DNA from: Aestuariivirgaceae bacterium
GTDB lineage: Bacteria; Pseudomonadota; Alphaproteobacteria; Rhizobiales; Aestuariivirgaceae
Reading direction: 5' to 3'
DNA length: 24,000 nt
Assembly: GCA_965216335.1 (NCBI GenBank)
Contig: OZ244154.1
Span: 557,373 to 581,372 of the forward strand
The notes under the pieces were generated by a model. The model was not told the DNA's origin. It ran no database searches and saw nothing but the letters and a program-made list of their open reading frames with translations. Below are positions 1 to 9,216 of this stretch, one piece after another. The translations under genes were made by a program, and so were the position numbers. Every line of letters begins with the position of its first letter. The stretch's first letter is position 1.

Positions 1-2
1 AG

Positions 3-566
3 AACAAAGGCGACATGGACAATGCCGAGGCCGATTACCGCCGCGCCATTGAAAGGGCGCCCGGTACGGATGAGGCCCATGGCCGGCTTGGCTGGCTCCA
101 CATCGAAAAGGGCAAGTATGTCGATGCATTGGGATTCTGTGAGCGAGCCGTTCAGCTTGCGGGCCATGTATCCGACTATTACCTGTGTTCAGGACGCGCT
201 TGGGAGAACCTCCTGGAGCCGGAAAAGTCGCTCAAGCTGTACAACCGGGCAGTCCTGCAGGCGCCGGAGTTCGCGGACGGCTACCAAATCCGCGGTCTGT
301 TCAACCTTGGACAGGGCCAGTTTGCCGCCGCACGCCGCGACTTCACGCAGGCAATCCGGCTTGGCCGAGACGACTGGCACAACCGCATGCATCGCGGTGA
401 CGCCAACCGTCAGATGGGCTTGCATGAGGCCGCACTGCGAGATTTTCGCGAGGCCAGCAAATCCGCCCCGGATCACGCGATCGCCGGTATAGTGGCGGCA
501 ATTCGCAAGGCCGAGCGTAAAGTCAGTCGGCACAGCGGCGAGTTGGGATCATACCCTCAGCGATAG
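3..566 (+). CDS. Tetratricopeptide-repeat protein, C-terminal part (5' truncated by window edge)
   Basis: The frame is open to the window start; upstream of ATG 15 it reads AAC AAA GGC GAC (NKGD). Repeated TPR-like units such as DMDNAEADYRRAIERAPGTDEAHGRLGWLHIEKGKYVDALGFCERAVQLAG and LHEAALRDFREASKSAPDHA. Confidence 0.75.
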   Translation, partial: NKGDMDNAEADYRRAIERAPGTDEAHGRLGWLHIEKGKYVDALGFCERAVQLAGHVSDYYLCSGRAWENLLEPEKSLKLYNRAVLQAPEFADGYQIRGLFNLGQGQFAAARRDFTQAIRLGRDDWHNRMHRGDANRQMGLHEAALRDFREASKSAPDHAIAGIVAAIRKAERKVSRHSGELGSYPQR

Positions 567-621
567 GGCGGCGCCTCAACCTGATTGAATGATAGTCTTT
601 CCGGCGCAAGGTGGAGTGGTG

Positions 622-987
622 CTATCGGGCGTTTGCAGCCAGCGCATCGAAGATCTGGGCGATATCGACGGGTTTCGAAAAGACCCCAAGCGCGCCGTTG
701 TCGACGGCCTTCTCGGTCAGTTCGTTCACCGAAAAGCCGGTCATCATGTAGACCTTGGCCTGCGGTTTGAACTTACGGATTTCCATCAGGCTGTCGACGC
801 CATTGCGTCCCGGCATCATGATGTCCATGAAAGTCAAGTCGAAATCTTCAGTCTGCGCGGTGCGAATGGCGTTGTCGCCGCTGTAGATGGCAACTGCATC
901 GTGACCTTCCATTTCGAACAACTCGGCAAGGGAGTCCGCAGCATCCGCGTCATCGTCGACGACCATGATCTTGAGGGCCTGAGCCAT
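622..987 (-). CDS. Single-domain response regulator (receiver domain only)
   Basis: MAQALKIMVVDDDADAADSLAELF...FDLTFMDIMMPGRNG...VYMMTG...ALGVFSKPVD contains the acidic pair, phospho-acceptor Asp, Thr and Lys of a CheY-like fold. No output domain. ORF extends to 1005; the internal ATG at 987 fits better. Confidence 0.88.
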   Translation of the reverse strand: MAQALKIMVVDDDADAADSLAELFEMEGHDAVAIYSGDNAIRTAQTEDFDLTFMDIMMPGRNGVDSLMEIRKFKPQAKVYMMTGFSVNELTEKAVDNGALGVFSKPVDIAQIFDALAANAR

Positions 988-1155
988 CAGAAAAACTCCG
1001 CGCATCTAGAGTGTTTAGGGCGGCAATCGCATCGATTTCCGCTTCAGCGAACCGATTGTTCACCCAAACAGTAGATCACAGGGCAGTTAATGGAGAGTTG
1101 CCAGATTTGGTGCGGGCCGACCAATGGCGGTGCGCCTCAAGCCGGCGTCTTGAAG

Positions 1156-1977
1156 CTACAAGCCAAGCGATATTGCTGAGTCGATGATCGCAAAGTAACC
1201 GTTGCGCAGCCGGTATCCATGCGACACGAACAGGTGATCTCGGGCATCGCTCAATTCGCCGTCGCGCGAAACAAAGCTGGCATCGCGCAATGGCTCGGTG
1301 CGCAGGTAGAGACGCTGAATTTCCGTTCCACCACCATCGTCGCTGTCGTGCAGGATCAGTGTGTTGCGTTCAGGATCGCCGTTCTCATCGACGCCGTAAC
1401 CGGCAACTGTCACCATGTGACCGGCGACCCGGACATACTGTCCAGGCAGCTTGCCTTCAACATAGAACCCAATCCCGAGCCACAAGGCGTTGCCATCATC
1501 GAACTGATCGATGATCCAATCGAGTGATGGGATGTTCCCGCCGCCGCCAAACCGGGATGGCATTTCCCAGCGGCCGCGAAAGTCCAAACTGGCACGATAG
1601 CCTGCTTCTTCCGCGTAGTTCTCAAGCCCGGCCAGAAAACGGCCATTGGTCGTACCGCCCTTGGGAGCGGTGGACATGAAGTCTGGCTCTCCGAGGGTTC
1701 TGGCAACGGTTGCAACCTTTTCGATCGTCGACAGGCCACGCACGGGCAACAGCCGGGAAAAGCCGCGCCGTTCAGCCAGCCATACCAGAGCATTGGCCGC
1801 AGCGACCGGCGCACAGTACATGCGGCCGCCGTTCGGCAGGCCGAGTGCCGGATCGGTCTGTGTGAAATCGGGCATCTCGTCTAGACGGAATGTGTCATAC
1901 GTTGCCGCCGGCGCGGGCGATGCGAGGATGCCTGCCAGAGCAAATGTGGCTAGCGCGGCATTTCTGACAGATTTCAT
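1156..1977 (-). CDS. Secreted papain-like / C39-like cysteine peptidase-family protein
   Basis: N-terminal signal peptide (MKSVRNAALATFALAGILASPAPAA), then candidate catalytic Cys region GRMYCAPVAAANALVWL, His region VAGHMVTVAGYG and Asp region LILHDSDDGG. Family assignment is by motif only. Confidence 0.55.
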   Translation of the reverse strand: MKSVRNAALATFALAGILASPAPAATYDTFRLDEMPDFTQTDPALGLPNGGRMYCAPVAAANALVWLAERRGFSRLLPVRGLSTIEKVATVARTLGEPDFMSTAPKGGTTNGRFLAGLENYAEEAGYRASLDFRGRWEMPSRFGGGGNIPSLDWIIDQFDDGNALWLGIGFYVEGKLPGQYVRVAGHMVTVAGYGVDENGDPERNTLILHDSDDGGGTEIQRLYLRTEPLRDASFVSRDGELSDARDHLFVSHGYRLRNGYFAIIDSAISLGL

Positions 1978-1982
1978 CTGAC

Positions 1983-2009
1983 CCTCCCGGAGAAAAATTT
2001 CCCGAGAGG
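1983..2009 (-). promoter_or_regulatory. Hairpin in the 5' leader that would sequester the Shine-Dalgarno of the C39-like gene
   Basis: On the minus strand: CCTCTCGG - GAAATTTTTCT - CCGGGAGG - GTCAG - ATG. Arms pair over 8 bp (one U-G wobble), loop 11 nt, and the 3' arm contains GGGAGG just upstream of the ATG at 1977. Confidence 0.4.
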
Positions 2010-2099
2010 TTAGTTCATGTGGGTGAAATCGTGGCTAAGACGACCGGTAAAATTATATCGATTCCCGGTCAGTCAGCGTACTGAGAATCGAACCGTGCC

Positions 2100-2807
2100 T
2101 TACCAGCTCTGCGTCTCGCCCTGGAAATAGTAACCGCCGGACGGGCCGCCGGGTTCCAGCGTTGCCGCCCACACCAGACCTTCTGCGCTTTCTTCCGGTT
2201 CCAGGTTGGCCGCAGGGCCGCCCATGTCGGTCTTGACCCAGCCCGGGTCAATTGAATTGACCATGATGCCACGGTCGGCAAGCTCCATTGCGGTCAAACG
2301 GGTAAGCGCGTTGAGTGCCGTCTTGGAGGCTCGGTAGCCGAACGAGCCGCCCGCCATGCGGGACAGGCTGGCCATACTGGAGGAGACGTTGATGATGCGG
2401 CCGTTGTCCCTGATCATAGGCGCCAGGGCCCGGGTCAGCCGCCACGGACCGAACGTGTTGACATTGAAGGTGTCGAGCACCGCTGAGGCGCTGCCGGCCA
2501 ACACCGATCCGCCCTCCGGGGCATCCTTTTCCGGATAGATGCCGGCACAGTTGATCAAAACGTCGATGGCGTCCGTCTGGCCCTTGAGCCAGGTCGTGAA
2601 GGCTTCAACGGAAGCATCGTCGCCCTGATCGAGGGCATGGCCGGCAACCGTGTACCCTTCACCTGCCAACGCGCTGACTGCGGCATCCGCGCGCTCCTGC
2701 CGGGTGCCGGTGATGATGAGGCGGAAGCCCCTGGCGCCGAGTTGGCGAGCGGTTTCCCGGCCGATACCGCGTGTCGCACCGGTGATTACAGCAATCTCAG
2801 TCGTCAT
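2100..2807 (-). CDS. SDR family NAD(P)-dependent oxidoreductase
   Basis: TTEIAVITGATRGIGRETARQLGARG (TGxxxGIG), NVLINCAG-like segment DVLINCAGIYPE, YRASKTALNALTR (YxxxK), DPGWVKTDMGG. Confidence 0.93.
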   Translation of the reverse strand: MTTEIAVITGATRGIGRETARQLGARGFRLIITGTRQERADAAVSALAGEGYTVAGHALDQGDDASVEAFTTWLKGQTDAIDVLINCAGIYPEKDAPEGGSVLAGSASAVLDTFNVNTFGPWRLTRALAPMIRDNGRIINVSSSMASLSRMAGGSFGYRASKTALNALTRLTAMELADRGIMVNSIDPGWVKTDMGGPAANLEPEESAEGLVWAATLEPGGPSGGYYFQGETQSW

Positions 2808-3104
2808 CTCGTGTCCCTTCCAGCAGTCCTGACTTTATTATTCGCACAGCAGTCGTCCAGGGTTTTGCGTTCACCCGCCGCTACGGTGCCAGACGTGCAG
2901 GCGTAACAGATCACGTCGAGACCGTCGTCCGGCATAATCGCAGCCGCGGCCGTTGCGGCCGGCGTCGTAGCGCGCCTGCCATGTGCGTGAACGGGCGATT
3001 TGGTGTCGTGAACGTTCACATGTACCGACGCTAGCATGCTGCCCGGCCACCGCCAATCGCGTAATGCATTGCCTGTGTCCGGTGCCGGGGCTATACCGGC
3101 GCGC

Positions 3105-3485
3105 ATGCCAATGATTGTTTGGGTCGCAGCAGGCGGCGCCATTGGGGCTGCCGGACGGTATCTGGTGAATGTTTGGACGGGACGGCTGCTTGGCGCCGGT
3201 TTCCCCTGGGGCACGCTCACGGTCAACATCCTCGGCTCTCTGCTCATGGGTGCCTTGATCACCTTCATGGCGCTAAAATGGTCGACCAGCCAGGACATGC
3301 GTGCCTTCCTGACCACCGGTGTGCTCGGGGGCTTCACGACGTTTTCCGCGTTTTCACTCGATTTCGCCACACTCTATGAGCGTAAGGAGTTCGGGCTGGC
3401 CGGGCTTTACGCCGCCGGTTCGGTTGGCGCTTCACTGATTGCGATCTTTGCCGGCATGGCGCTGATGCGGGCGGTGTTGTCATGA
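3105..3485 (+). CDS. crcB: Fluoride efflux transporter CrcB/Fluc family
   Basis: MIVWVAAGGAIGAAGRYLVNVW...FPWGTLTVNILGSLLMG...LTTGVLGGFTTFSAFSLDF: GGxxGAxxRY, GTLxVNxxG and GGFTTFSTF-like motifs. ORF opens at 3036; ATG 3105 or 3111 fits the family better. Confidence 0.93.
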   Translation: MPMIVWVAAGGAIGAAGRYLVNVWTGRLLGAGFPWGTLTVNILGSLLMGALITFMALKWSTSQDMRAFLTTGVLGGFTTFSAFSLDFATLYERKEFGLAGLYAAGSVGASLIAIFAGMALMRAVLS

Positions 3486-4459
3486 GCGGTGTTGCCCGCC
3501 ACAGAGTCAAGCGCGATGAGGCCGGCATCCGCGTCGACCGCTGGTTCAAGCTCAACTATCCGCAAGTGCCACACGCGCTGCTCAACAAGCTGTTGCGCAA
3601 GGGCGAGGTGCGGATCGATGGCGGACGCGTGAAGGCCAATGCCCGGCTCGCCGAGGGCCAGGAGATCCGCGTGCCGCCATTGGTGGATGGGGCAGGGCGC
3701 CCGGCACCGGCTGCCAGACCGCTGTCGGACAAGGACCGGCGGTTTCTCGAAGGCTTGATCCTGTACCAGGACGAAGATCTGTTCGTACTCAACAAGCCCT
3801 CCGGAATTGCCGTCCAGGGCGGCAGCAAGACGCAACGCCACATCGACGGTCTGCTGGAGAGCTGGGGGCTTGAGCTTGGGGTGCGGCCACGGCTTGTGCA
3901 CCGGCTTGACCGTGATACGTCCGGCATCCTCGTTGTCGCCCGCAAGCGCCACGCGGCGGCCGAATTGGGCAGGCTGTTCGCCACCCGCTCGGTGCGCAAG
4001 ATCTACTGGGCGATCGTCGCCGGCGTGCCCGAGCCGCGCCAGGGCAAGATCGACCAGGCGCTCATCAAGAGTGGCAGGCCGGGCAACGAGCGCGTGCGCG
4101 CCGCGGACAAGACTGCTGAAGGGGCGCAGAAGGCGGTGACCCACTATGCGGTGATTGACACGGCGGGCAGGGCTTTCGCCTGGGTATCGCTCAAGCCGGT
4201 CACCGGCCGTCAGCATCAGTTGCGAGCCCACATGGCGCAGAGTGGGCATCCGATTGTCGGAGACAGCAAGTACGACGGAGACAAGCATGTACCGGCAGCT
4301 CTCGCCCGCCGCCTGCACCTGCACGCCCGCCGCATCAGCTTTCCGCATCCGCGCACCGGTGATATTGTAGACGTGACGGCACCGCTCAGTGAGGTGATGG
4401 CGGACAGCTTTGCGAGTCTGGGGTTCGATGCCGGCAGATATGACGGGTCCGCGTCGTGA
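3482..4459 (+). CDS. RluA family 23S rRNA pseudouridine synthase (RluC-like)
   Basis: N-terminal S4-like segment (GIRVDRWFKLNYPQVPHALLNKLLRKGEVRIDGGRV), FVLNKPSGIAVQGG, catalytic RLDRDTSGILVVAR, GRQHQLRAHMAQSGHPIVGDSKYDGD. ATGA overlap with crcB. Confidence 0.93.
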   Translation: MSGVARHRVKRDEAGIRVDRWFKLNYPQVPHALLNKLLRKGEVRIDGGRVKANARLAEGQEIRVPPLVDGAGRPAPAARPLSDKDRRFLEGLILYQDEDLFVLNKPSGIAVQGGSKTQRHIDGLLESWGLELGVRPRLVHRLDRDTSGILVVARKRHAAAELGRLFATRSVRKIYWAIVAGVPEPRQGKIDQALIKSGRPGNERVRAADKTAEGAQKAVTHYAVIDTAGRAFAWVSLKPVTGRQHQLRAHMAQSGHPIVGDSKYDGDKHVPAALARRLHLHARRISFPHPRTGDIVDVTAPLSEVMADSFASLGFDAGRYDGSAS

Positions 4460-5127
4460 AGCTGGTGGTGTTCGATTGCGACGGCACTCTGGTCGACAGC
4501 CAGAACATCATCTGCGCAGCGATGCAGCGAACGTTTGCCCGGTCAGGCCGCGACTGGCCGGGACGGACTGCAACCCTGTCCATCGTCGGCCTGTCGCTGC
4601 CGCAGGCCATGGCGCGGCTGGTGCCGGACGGCAATGAGACGCTGTGGAATGCGTTGGGCGAAACATACAAGCACGTGTTTCACGAGCTGCGCCAGGATCC
4701 CGCCAGCCGCGAGCCGCTTTTCGACGGGGCACATGCGATTGTCGAGGAACTATCCGGCCGGGACGACCTGTTGTTGGCCATTGCAACCGGCAAATCGCAG
4801 CGCGGCGTGCGCGCGGTCCTTGAACGTGAAGGTTGGATCGACCGTTTCATCAGCATACAGACGGCTGACGATGCTCCGTCCAAACCCCATCCGGCCATGG
4901 TGCATCAGGCAATGGGTGATGCAGGTGTTGCCGCCGCCGACACGATTGTCGTAGGCGATACGTCCTATGACATGGCCATGGCCAGGGCGGCCGGGGCAGG
5001 GGCCGTTGGCGTATCGTGGGGTTATCACGATGTAAGCCTGCTTGAAGCAGGTGGTTCGCATGTGATTATCGACACATTTCATCAGCTTACGGATGAGTTA
5101 CACCGACTATGGGAATTGGGATGGTGA
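4456..5127 (+). CDS. HAD-IA family hydrolase (phosphoglycolate-phosphatase-like)
   Basis: GTG start in a GTGA overlap with the upstream stop. KLVVFDCDGTLVDS motif I, LLLAIATGKSQRG motif II, SKPHPAMVHQA, VVGDTSYDMAMARAAGAGAVGVSWG. Confidence 0.9.
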   Translation: MKLVVFDCDGTLVDSQNIICAAMQRTFARSGRDWPGRTATLSIVGLSLPQAMARLVPDGNETLWNALGETYKHVFHELRQDPASREPLFDGAHAIVEELSGRDDLLLAIATGKSQRGVRAVLEREGWIDRFISIQTADDAPSKPHPAMVHQAMGDAGVAAADTIVVGDTSYDMAMARAAGAGAVGVSWGYHDVSLLEAGGSHVIIDTFHQLTDELHRLWELGW

Positions 5128-5882
5128 GCGAGAGTGAAGACGATAGAGCACGTCGGCTTTTGACAGGCGGAGAGAAATCTAAGCTGGCGAGACGCTTCTA
5201 CAAGAGCGCAGATGTTGTCGGTGAAGCCGCTCCATACAGCATTGTGTTGGATGGGCGCCCGATCCGAACGCCGATGAAGGCGAAACTCTCCGTTCCGTCG
5301 CGCGCATTGGCCGGGGCGGTATGCGATGAATGGTCGGCACAGGGCGAGACAATCGAACCGGCGACCATGCCCCTGACACGGCTGTCCAACACCGCAATCG
5401 ATCGGGTTCGTGAAAGCCGCGTGCGAATTGTTGCCGAGATCGCCGAGTTCGCCGGGTCCGACTTGCTGTGCTACCGGGCCGATGCCCCCGAAGGCCTGGT
5501 GCAGCGCCAGTGCGAAGTCTGGGATCCGCTTCTGGCATGGGTCGCGAGAGAACACGGCGCCCGCTTCATTTCCGTCACCGGTTTGATGCACGAGGTCCAG
5601 CCTGAACCGACCCTGAAGGCCATCACATTGTTCATGCAGGCGCGCGACGATTTTGAACTGACCGGCATTCACAATCTTACGACCCTGACAGGGTCTTGCG
5701 TGCTGGCCATGGCCCTGCATCAGCGGCACATAGCCGGTGATGATGCCTGGGCCGCGGCACATATCGACGAGGACTGGCAGATCGAACGGTGGGGACCAGA
5801 CGATGAGGCCACGGCCCGCCGCGAGGCCTACAAGCGTGAGTTTGACGCCACACTCGACTTTATGCGGCTGGCGATGAGCTGA
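5121..5882 (+). CDS. ATP12 family chaperone (F1-ATPase assembly)
   Basis: RRFYKSADVVGEAAPYSIVLDGRPIRTPMKAKLSVPSRALAGAVCDEWSAQGETIEPATMPLTRLSNTAIDRV and GSDLLCYRADAPEGLVQRQCEVWDPLLAW are characteristic. The upstream ATG at 5109 is also possible. Confidence 0.9.
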   Translation: MVSESEDDRARRLLTGGEKSKLARRFYKSADVVGEAAPYSIVLDGRPIRTPMKAKLSVPSRALAGAVCDEWSAQGETIEPATMPLTRLSNTAIDRVRESRVRIVAEIAEFAGSDLLCYRADAPEGLVQRQCEVWDPLLAWVAREHGARFISVTGLMHEVQPEPTLKAITLFMQARDDFELTGIHNLTTLTGSCVLAMALHQRHIAGDDAWAAAHIDEDWQIERWGPDDEATARREAYKREFDATLDFMRLAMS

Positions 5883-5933
5883 TACCGGTGTTAAGAATCC
5901 CGGGCACGATGGCGTGAGCGCAGGGAAAAGACC

Positions 5934-7466
5934 ATGCAAGAAATCCTGAAGGAACTGGAAGACCGGCGTGCGGAAGCCCATCTCGGCGGCGGTCAGCACC
6001 GGATCGATGCACAACACAAACGCGGTAAACTGACCGCGCGCGAGCGTATCCAACTGCTGCTCGATGAGGGTTCGTTCGAGGAATACGACATGTTCGTCGA
6101 ACACCGTTGCACCGATTTCGGCATGGAAAAAACCAAAATCCCCGGCGATGGCGTCGTCACCGGCTGGGGCACGGTAAACGGCCGTACCGTTTTCGTGTTC
6201 GCCAAGGACTTTACCGTTTTCGGGGGATCCCTGTCTGAAGCGCACGCCAAAAAGATCACCAAGATCCAGGATATGGCATTGCAGAACCGGGCACCTTGCA
6301 TCGGGCTGTTCGATGCCGGTGGCGCGCGCATTCAGGAAGGTGTTGCGGCACTCGGCGGCTATGGTGAGGTTTTTTTGCGCAATGTGCTGGCCTCGGGCGT
6401 CGTCCCGCAGATTTCGGTCATCATGGGACCGTGCGCCGGCGGCGACGTCTATTCCCCGGCCATGACCGACTTCATCTTCATGGTGAAGGATACCAGCTAC
6501 ATGTTCGTCACCGGGCCGGATGTCGTGAAGACCGTCACCAATGAGACGGTAACGGCAGAAGAGCTCGGCGGTGCCTCAGTTCATACAACCAAGTCGTCCA
6601 TAGCCGACAAAGCCTATGAGAACGATGTCGAAGCGCTGCTGCAGATGCGCCGGCTTATCGACTTCCTGCCGTCGTCCAACCTGGCGTCGGTTCCCGAGAT
6701 GCCGAGTTTTGACGATGGCGACCGGATCGAACCGTCTCTCGACACGCTCATCCCGGCCAACCCAAACCAACCCTACGACATGAAGGAACTGATCACAAAG
6801 GTCGCCGATGAGGGTGATTTCTTCGAGATTCAGGAAGCGTTTGCCGGCAACATCGTGACGGGCTTTGCCCGGATGGAAGGCCGAACGGTGGGGATGATCG
6901 CCAATCAACCGATGGTTCTAGCCGGCGTGCTCGATGCCGATGCGTCGCGCAAGGCTGCCAGGTTCGTGCGGTTTTGCGACTGTTTCAACATCCCACTGGT
7001 GACGTTTGTCGATGTGCCGGGTTTTCTACCGGGTACGGCACAAGAGTATGGCGGGCTGATTAAGCACGGAGCCAAGCTGCTGTTTGCCTATGCCGAGGCC
7101 ACGGTGCCCAAGGTCACGATCATCACCCGCAAGGCATATGGCGGCGCCTACGACGTGATGTCGTCCAAACACATCCGCGGTGACGTCAATTATGCTTGGC
7201 CGACAGCGGAAATTGCTGTGATGGGATCGAAAGGCGCCGCAGAGATCATCTATCGCTCCGAACTGGGCGAACCCGAAAAGATTGCCGAACGTGTCAAGGA
7301 CTATGAGGCTCGCTTCGCCAATCCGTTTGTGGCCGCTGAACGCGGTTACATAGACGAAGTCGTCCCGCCGCGCGATACTCGGCGCCTTATTTCACGCGCC
7401 CTGAACATGCTGCGCAACAAGAAGACCGAGAACCCCTGGAAAAAGCACGATAACATTCCTTTGTAG
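5934..7466 (+). CDS. pccB: Acyl-CoA (propionyl-CoA) carboxylase beta subunit
   Basis: Full-length carboxyltransferase: [154 protein letters not shown]. Confidence 0.95.
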   Translation: MQEILKELEDRRAEAHLGGGQHRIDAQHKRGKLTARERIQLLLDEGSFEEYDMFVEHRCTDFGMEKTKIPGDGVVTGWGTVNGRTVFVFAKDFTVFGGSLSEAHAKKITKIQDMALQNRAPCIGLFDAGGARIQEGVAALGGYGEVFLRNVLASGVVPQISVIMGPCAGGDVYSPAMTDFIFMVKDTSYMFVTGPDVVKTVTNETVTAEELGGASVHTTKSSIADKAYENDVEALLQMRRLIDFLPSSNLASVPEMPSFDDGDRIEPSLDTLIPANPNQPYDMKELITKVADEGDFFEIQEAFAGNIVTGFARMEGRTVGMIANQPMVLAGVLDADASRKAARFVRFCDCFNIPLVTFVDVPGFLPGTAQEYGGLIKHGAKLLFAYAEATVPKVTIITRKAYGGAYDVMSSKHIRGDVNYAWPTAEIAVMGSKGAAEIIYRSELGEPEKIAERVKDYEARFANPFVAAERGYIDEVVPPRDTRRLISRALNMLRNKKTENPWKKHDNIPL

Positions 7467-7583
7467 GATCAGCTGCTATCGCCGAATGCCGGTTGTGGTA
7501 TGCTTGTTGCACCAAAGGTTGCAGAGGGTATCCGCAGATGCCGCATGCGTAGTTCTGACACAAATTATGCCAGGGAAATCAGT

Positions 7584-8117
7584 ATGATCAGGTTCTTTCT
7601 TGGGACGGTCCTTCTATTGGCTGGTTCGCAGCTCGCTGCCGCGCAAGCCCAGGAGAAGCCGGAAGTCTATCATTCCTCCATTGATCCGAGCCCGGCCGAA
7701 GTTGCGCTGGCCACCGAATGCCGCAATGCCTTTGATCGCATGCAGGCGGTCAAGGACCAGATGACCGGAGTACGCGACGAACTGAATGACCTGTCCGCCA
7801 AGATGACGGAAACCGGGGGCAGGGTGGATGCTGCCGAGAAGGATTTCGACGGGAAGAAAGAGAAATCCAGCGAAAACCAGGCTGCCTACGATGCAGCGGT
7901 CAAAGCGCGTGAGCACTACCAGAAGATGGCGGCTGAGCACAATGCCCTGGTCGACAAGCAGATCGCTGCCACCGCCCGCCACAATGGTTTCGCCGATGAA
8001 TTCAATGATCTGAACACCAAGTACTTCAAGTCCTGCTCGGGCCGGAAGTTCAATGCCACGGCGGTCATCCTGACCTGCAAGGACGAGGAATCGCCTTGGT
8101 GCGATCTGTTGCGGTGA
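7584..8117 (+). CDS. Hypothetical secreted, coiled-coil-rich protein with four cysteines
   Basis: ORF from 7500, but MIRFFLGTVLLLAGSQLAAAQAQ at 7584 is a plausible signal peptide. Helical Lys/Glu/Ala-rich middle. Mature Cys in TECR, KSCSG, LTCKD and WCDLL. No family recognised. Confidence 0.6.
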   Translation: MIRFFLGTVLLLAGSQLAAAQAQEKPEVYHSSIDPSPAEVALATECRNAFDRMQAVKDQMTGVRDELNDLSAKMTETGGRVDAAEKDFDGKKEKSSENQAAYDAAVKAREHYQKMAAEHNALVDKQIAATARHNGFADEFNDLNTKYFKSCSGRKFNATAVILTCKDEESPWCDLLR

Positions 8118-8121
8118 ACGG

Positions 8122-9093
8122 ATGGGCGCGCTGATCGACGGCAAATGGCACTCTGACGATGCTTTCCCCACCTCCAGGAGCGGCGCCTTTCAGCGGGCCA
8201 GCAGTACTTTTCGCAACTGGGTTACCCCGGATGGCAACAAGGGACTGAGCGGTGAGGGAGGTTTTACTGCCGAACCCGGGCGTTATCACCTCTATGTCTC
8301 GCTTGCCTGTCCGTGGGCGCACCGTACGCTGATCTTCCGTGAGCTGAAAGGTTTGCAGGACGCCGTTGGGCTGTCCGTGGTGCACTGGCTGATGCGCGAT
8401 GACGGCTGGACATTTGACGAAGATGACGGCGTGATTGCCGACACCGTCAACAATGCGGCTCTCTTGCACCAGGTATATAACGCCGCGGATCCGGCCTTTA
8501 CCGGGCGCGTCACTGTGCCGGTGCTGTGGGACAAGCAGCGTGGCACGATTGTCAGCAATGAGTCGTCTGAAATCATCCGCATGTTCAATTCAGCCTTCGA
8601 CCGGGCGGGTGCGGTGCCGGGCGACTACTATCCGCCTGACCTGCGCGCCGATATCGATGCGGTAAACGCACGGGTCTACGATACGCTCAACAATGGCGTA
8701 TACAAATGTGGATTTGCCCGCTCGCAGGCCGCGTATGATGCGGCGGTCAGGCCGTTGTTCGAAACTCTCGACTGGCTGGAGCGCCTGCTGTCCGAGCAGC
8801 TTTTTGTCACCGGCGATCGCCTGACCGAGGCCGATATCCGTCTGTTCACAACGCTCATTCGCTTTGATGCGGTGTACGTTGGTCATTTCAAGTGCAACAT
8901 CCGAAGGCTGTGCGACTACCCCAACCTGTGGGCCTACACCCGCCACATCTACCAGATGGACGCAGTGCGTTCGACCGTGGATTTCAGCCATATCAAACAG
9001 CATTATTACGCCAGTCATCTCGCCGTGAACCCGACCGGCATCGTGCCGGCAGGGCCTGAGCTGGACTACGATGCACCGCATGGACGTGGGTGA
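8122..9093 (+). CDS. Glutathione S-transferase family, glutathionyl-hydroquinone reductase-like (YqjG/ECM4 type)
   Basis: FTAEPGRYHLYVSLACPWAHRTLIFRELKGL (CPWA active site), GTIVSNESSEIIRMFNSAFD, LTEADIRLFTTLIRFDAVYVGHFKCNIRRL, YPNLWAYTRHIYQM, SFSHIKQHYY-like SHIKQHYYASH. Confidence 0.92.
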   Translation: MGALIDGKWHSDDAFPTSRSGAFQRASSTFRNWVTPDGNKGLSGEGGFTAEPGRYHLYVSLACPWAHRTLIFRELKGLQDAVGLSVVHWLMRDDGWTFDEDDGVIADTVNNAALLHQVYNAADPAFTGRVTVPVLWDKQRGTIVSNESSEIIRMFNSAFDRAGAVPGDYYPPDLRADIDAVNARVYDTLNNGVYKCGFARSQAAYDAAVRPLFETLDWLERLLSEQLFVTGDRLTEADIRLFTTLIRFDAVYVGHFKCNIRRLCDYPNLWAYTRHIYQMDAVRSTVDFSHIKQHYYASHLAVNPTGIVPAGPELDYDAPHGRG

Positions 9094-9216
9094 GCTCGCT
9101 TTGTCTTCCAGACCAACGCCGCCCGATTTCGGCCCAAATCGTTAAACTTCGAGCGTTGCTGAAAACGGTGTCGAAAAGCCTTTGTGGAACAATGACCGCC
9201 AAGGAGGCGTCGTCAT

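Noticed and set aside
589-1074. 161-aa plus-strand ORF
   Set aside because: Antisense to the response regulator that carries all conserved receiver residues.
3008-3019. 12-bp perfect palindrome GTGAACGTTCAC upstream of crcB
   Set aside because: A handful of 12-bp palindromes are expected by chance in 24 kb; no second copy was noticed.
2808-3104. Possible fluoride riboswitch upstream of crcB
   Set aside because: No recognisable consensus by eye; only a short GGCCG-TTG-CGGCC hairpin. A covariance-model search would be decisive.
2804-3370. 188-aa minus-strand ORF covering the crcB region
   Set aside because: Antisense to the well-supported crcB gene; low-complexity Ala/Pro-rich translation with no family resemblance.
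3407-4348. 313-aa minus-strand ORF
   Set aside because: Antisense to the RluA-type pseudouridine synthase, whose catalytic motifs are intact.
5082-6245. 387-aa minus-strand ORF
   Set aside because: Shadow of ATP12 and the start of pccB, both strongly supported on the plus strand. High GC makes long antisense ORFs common.
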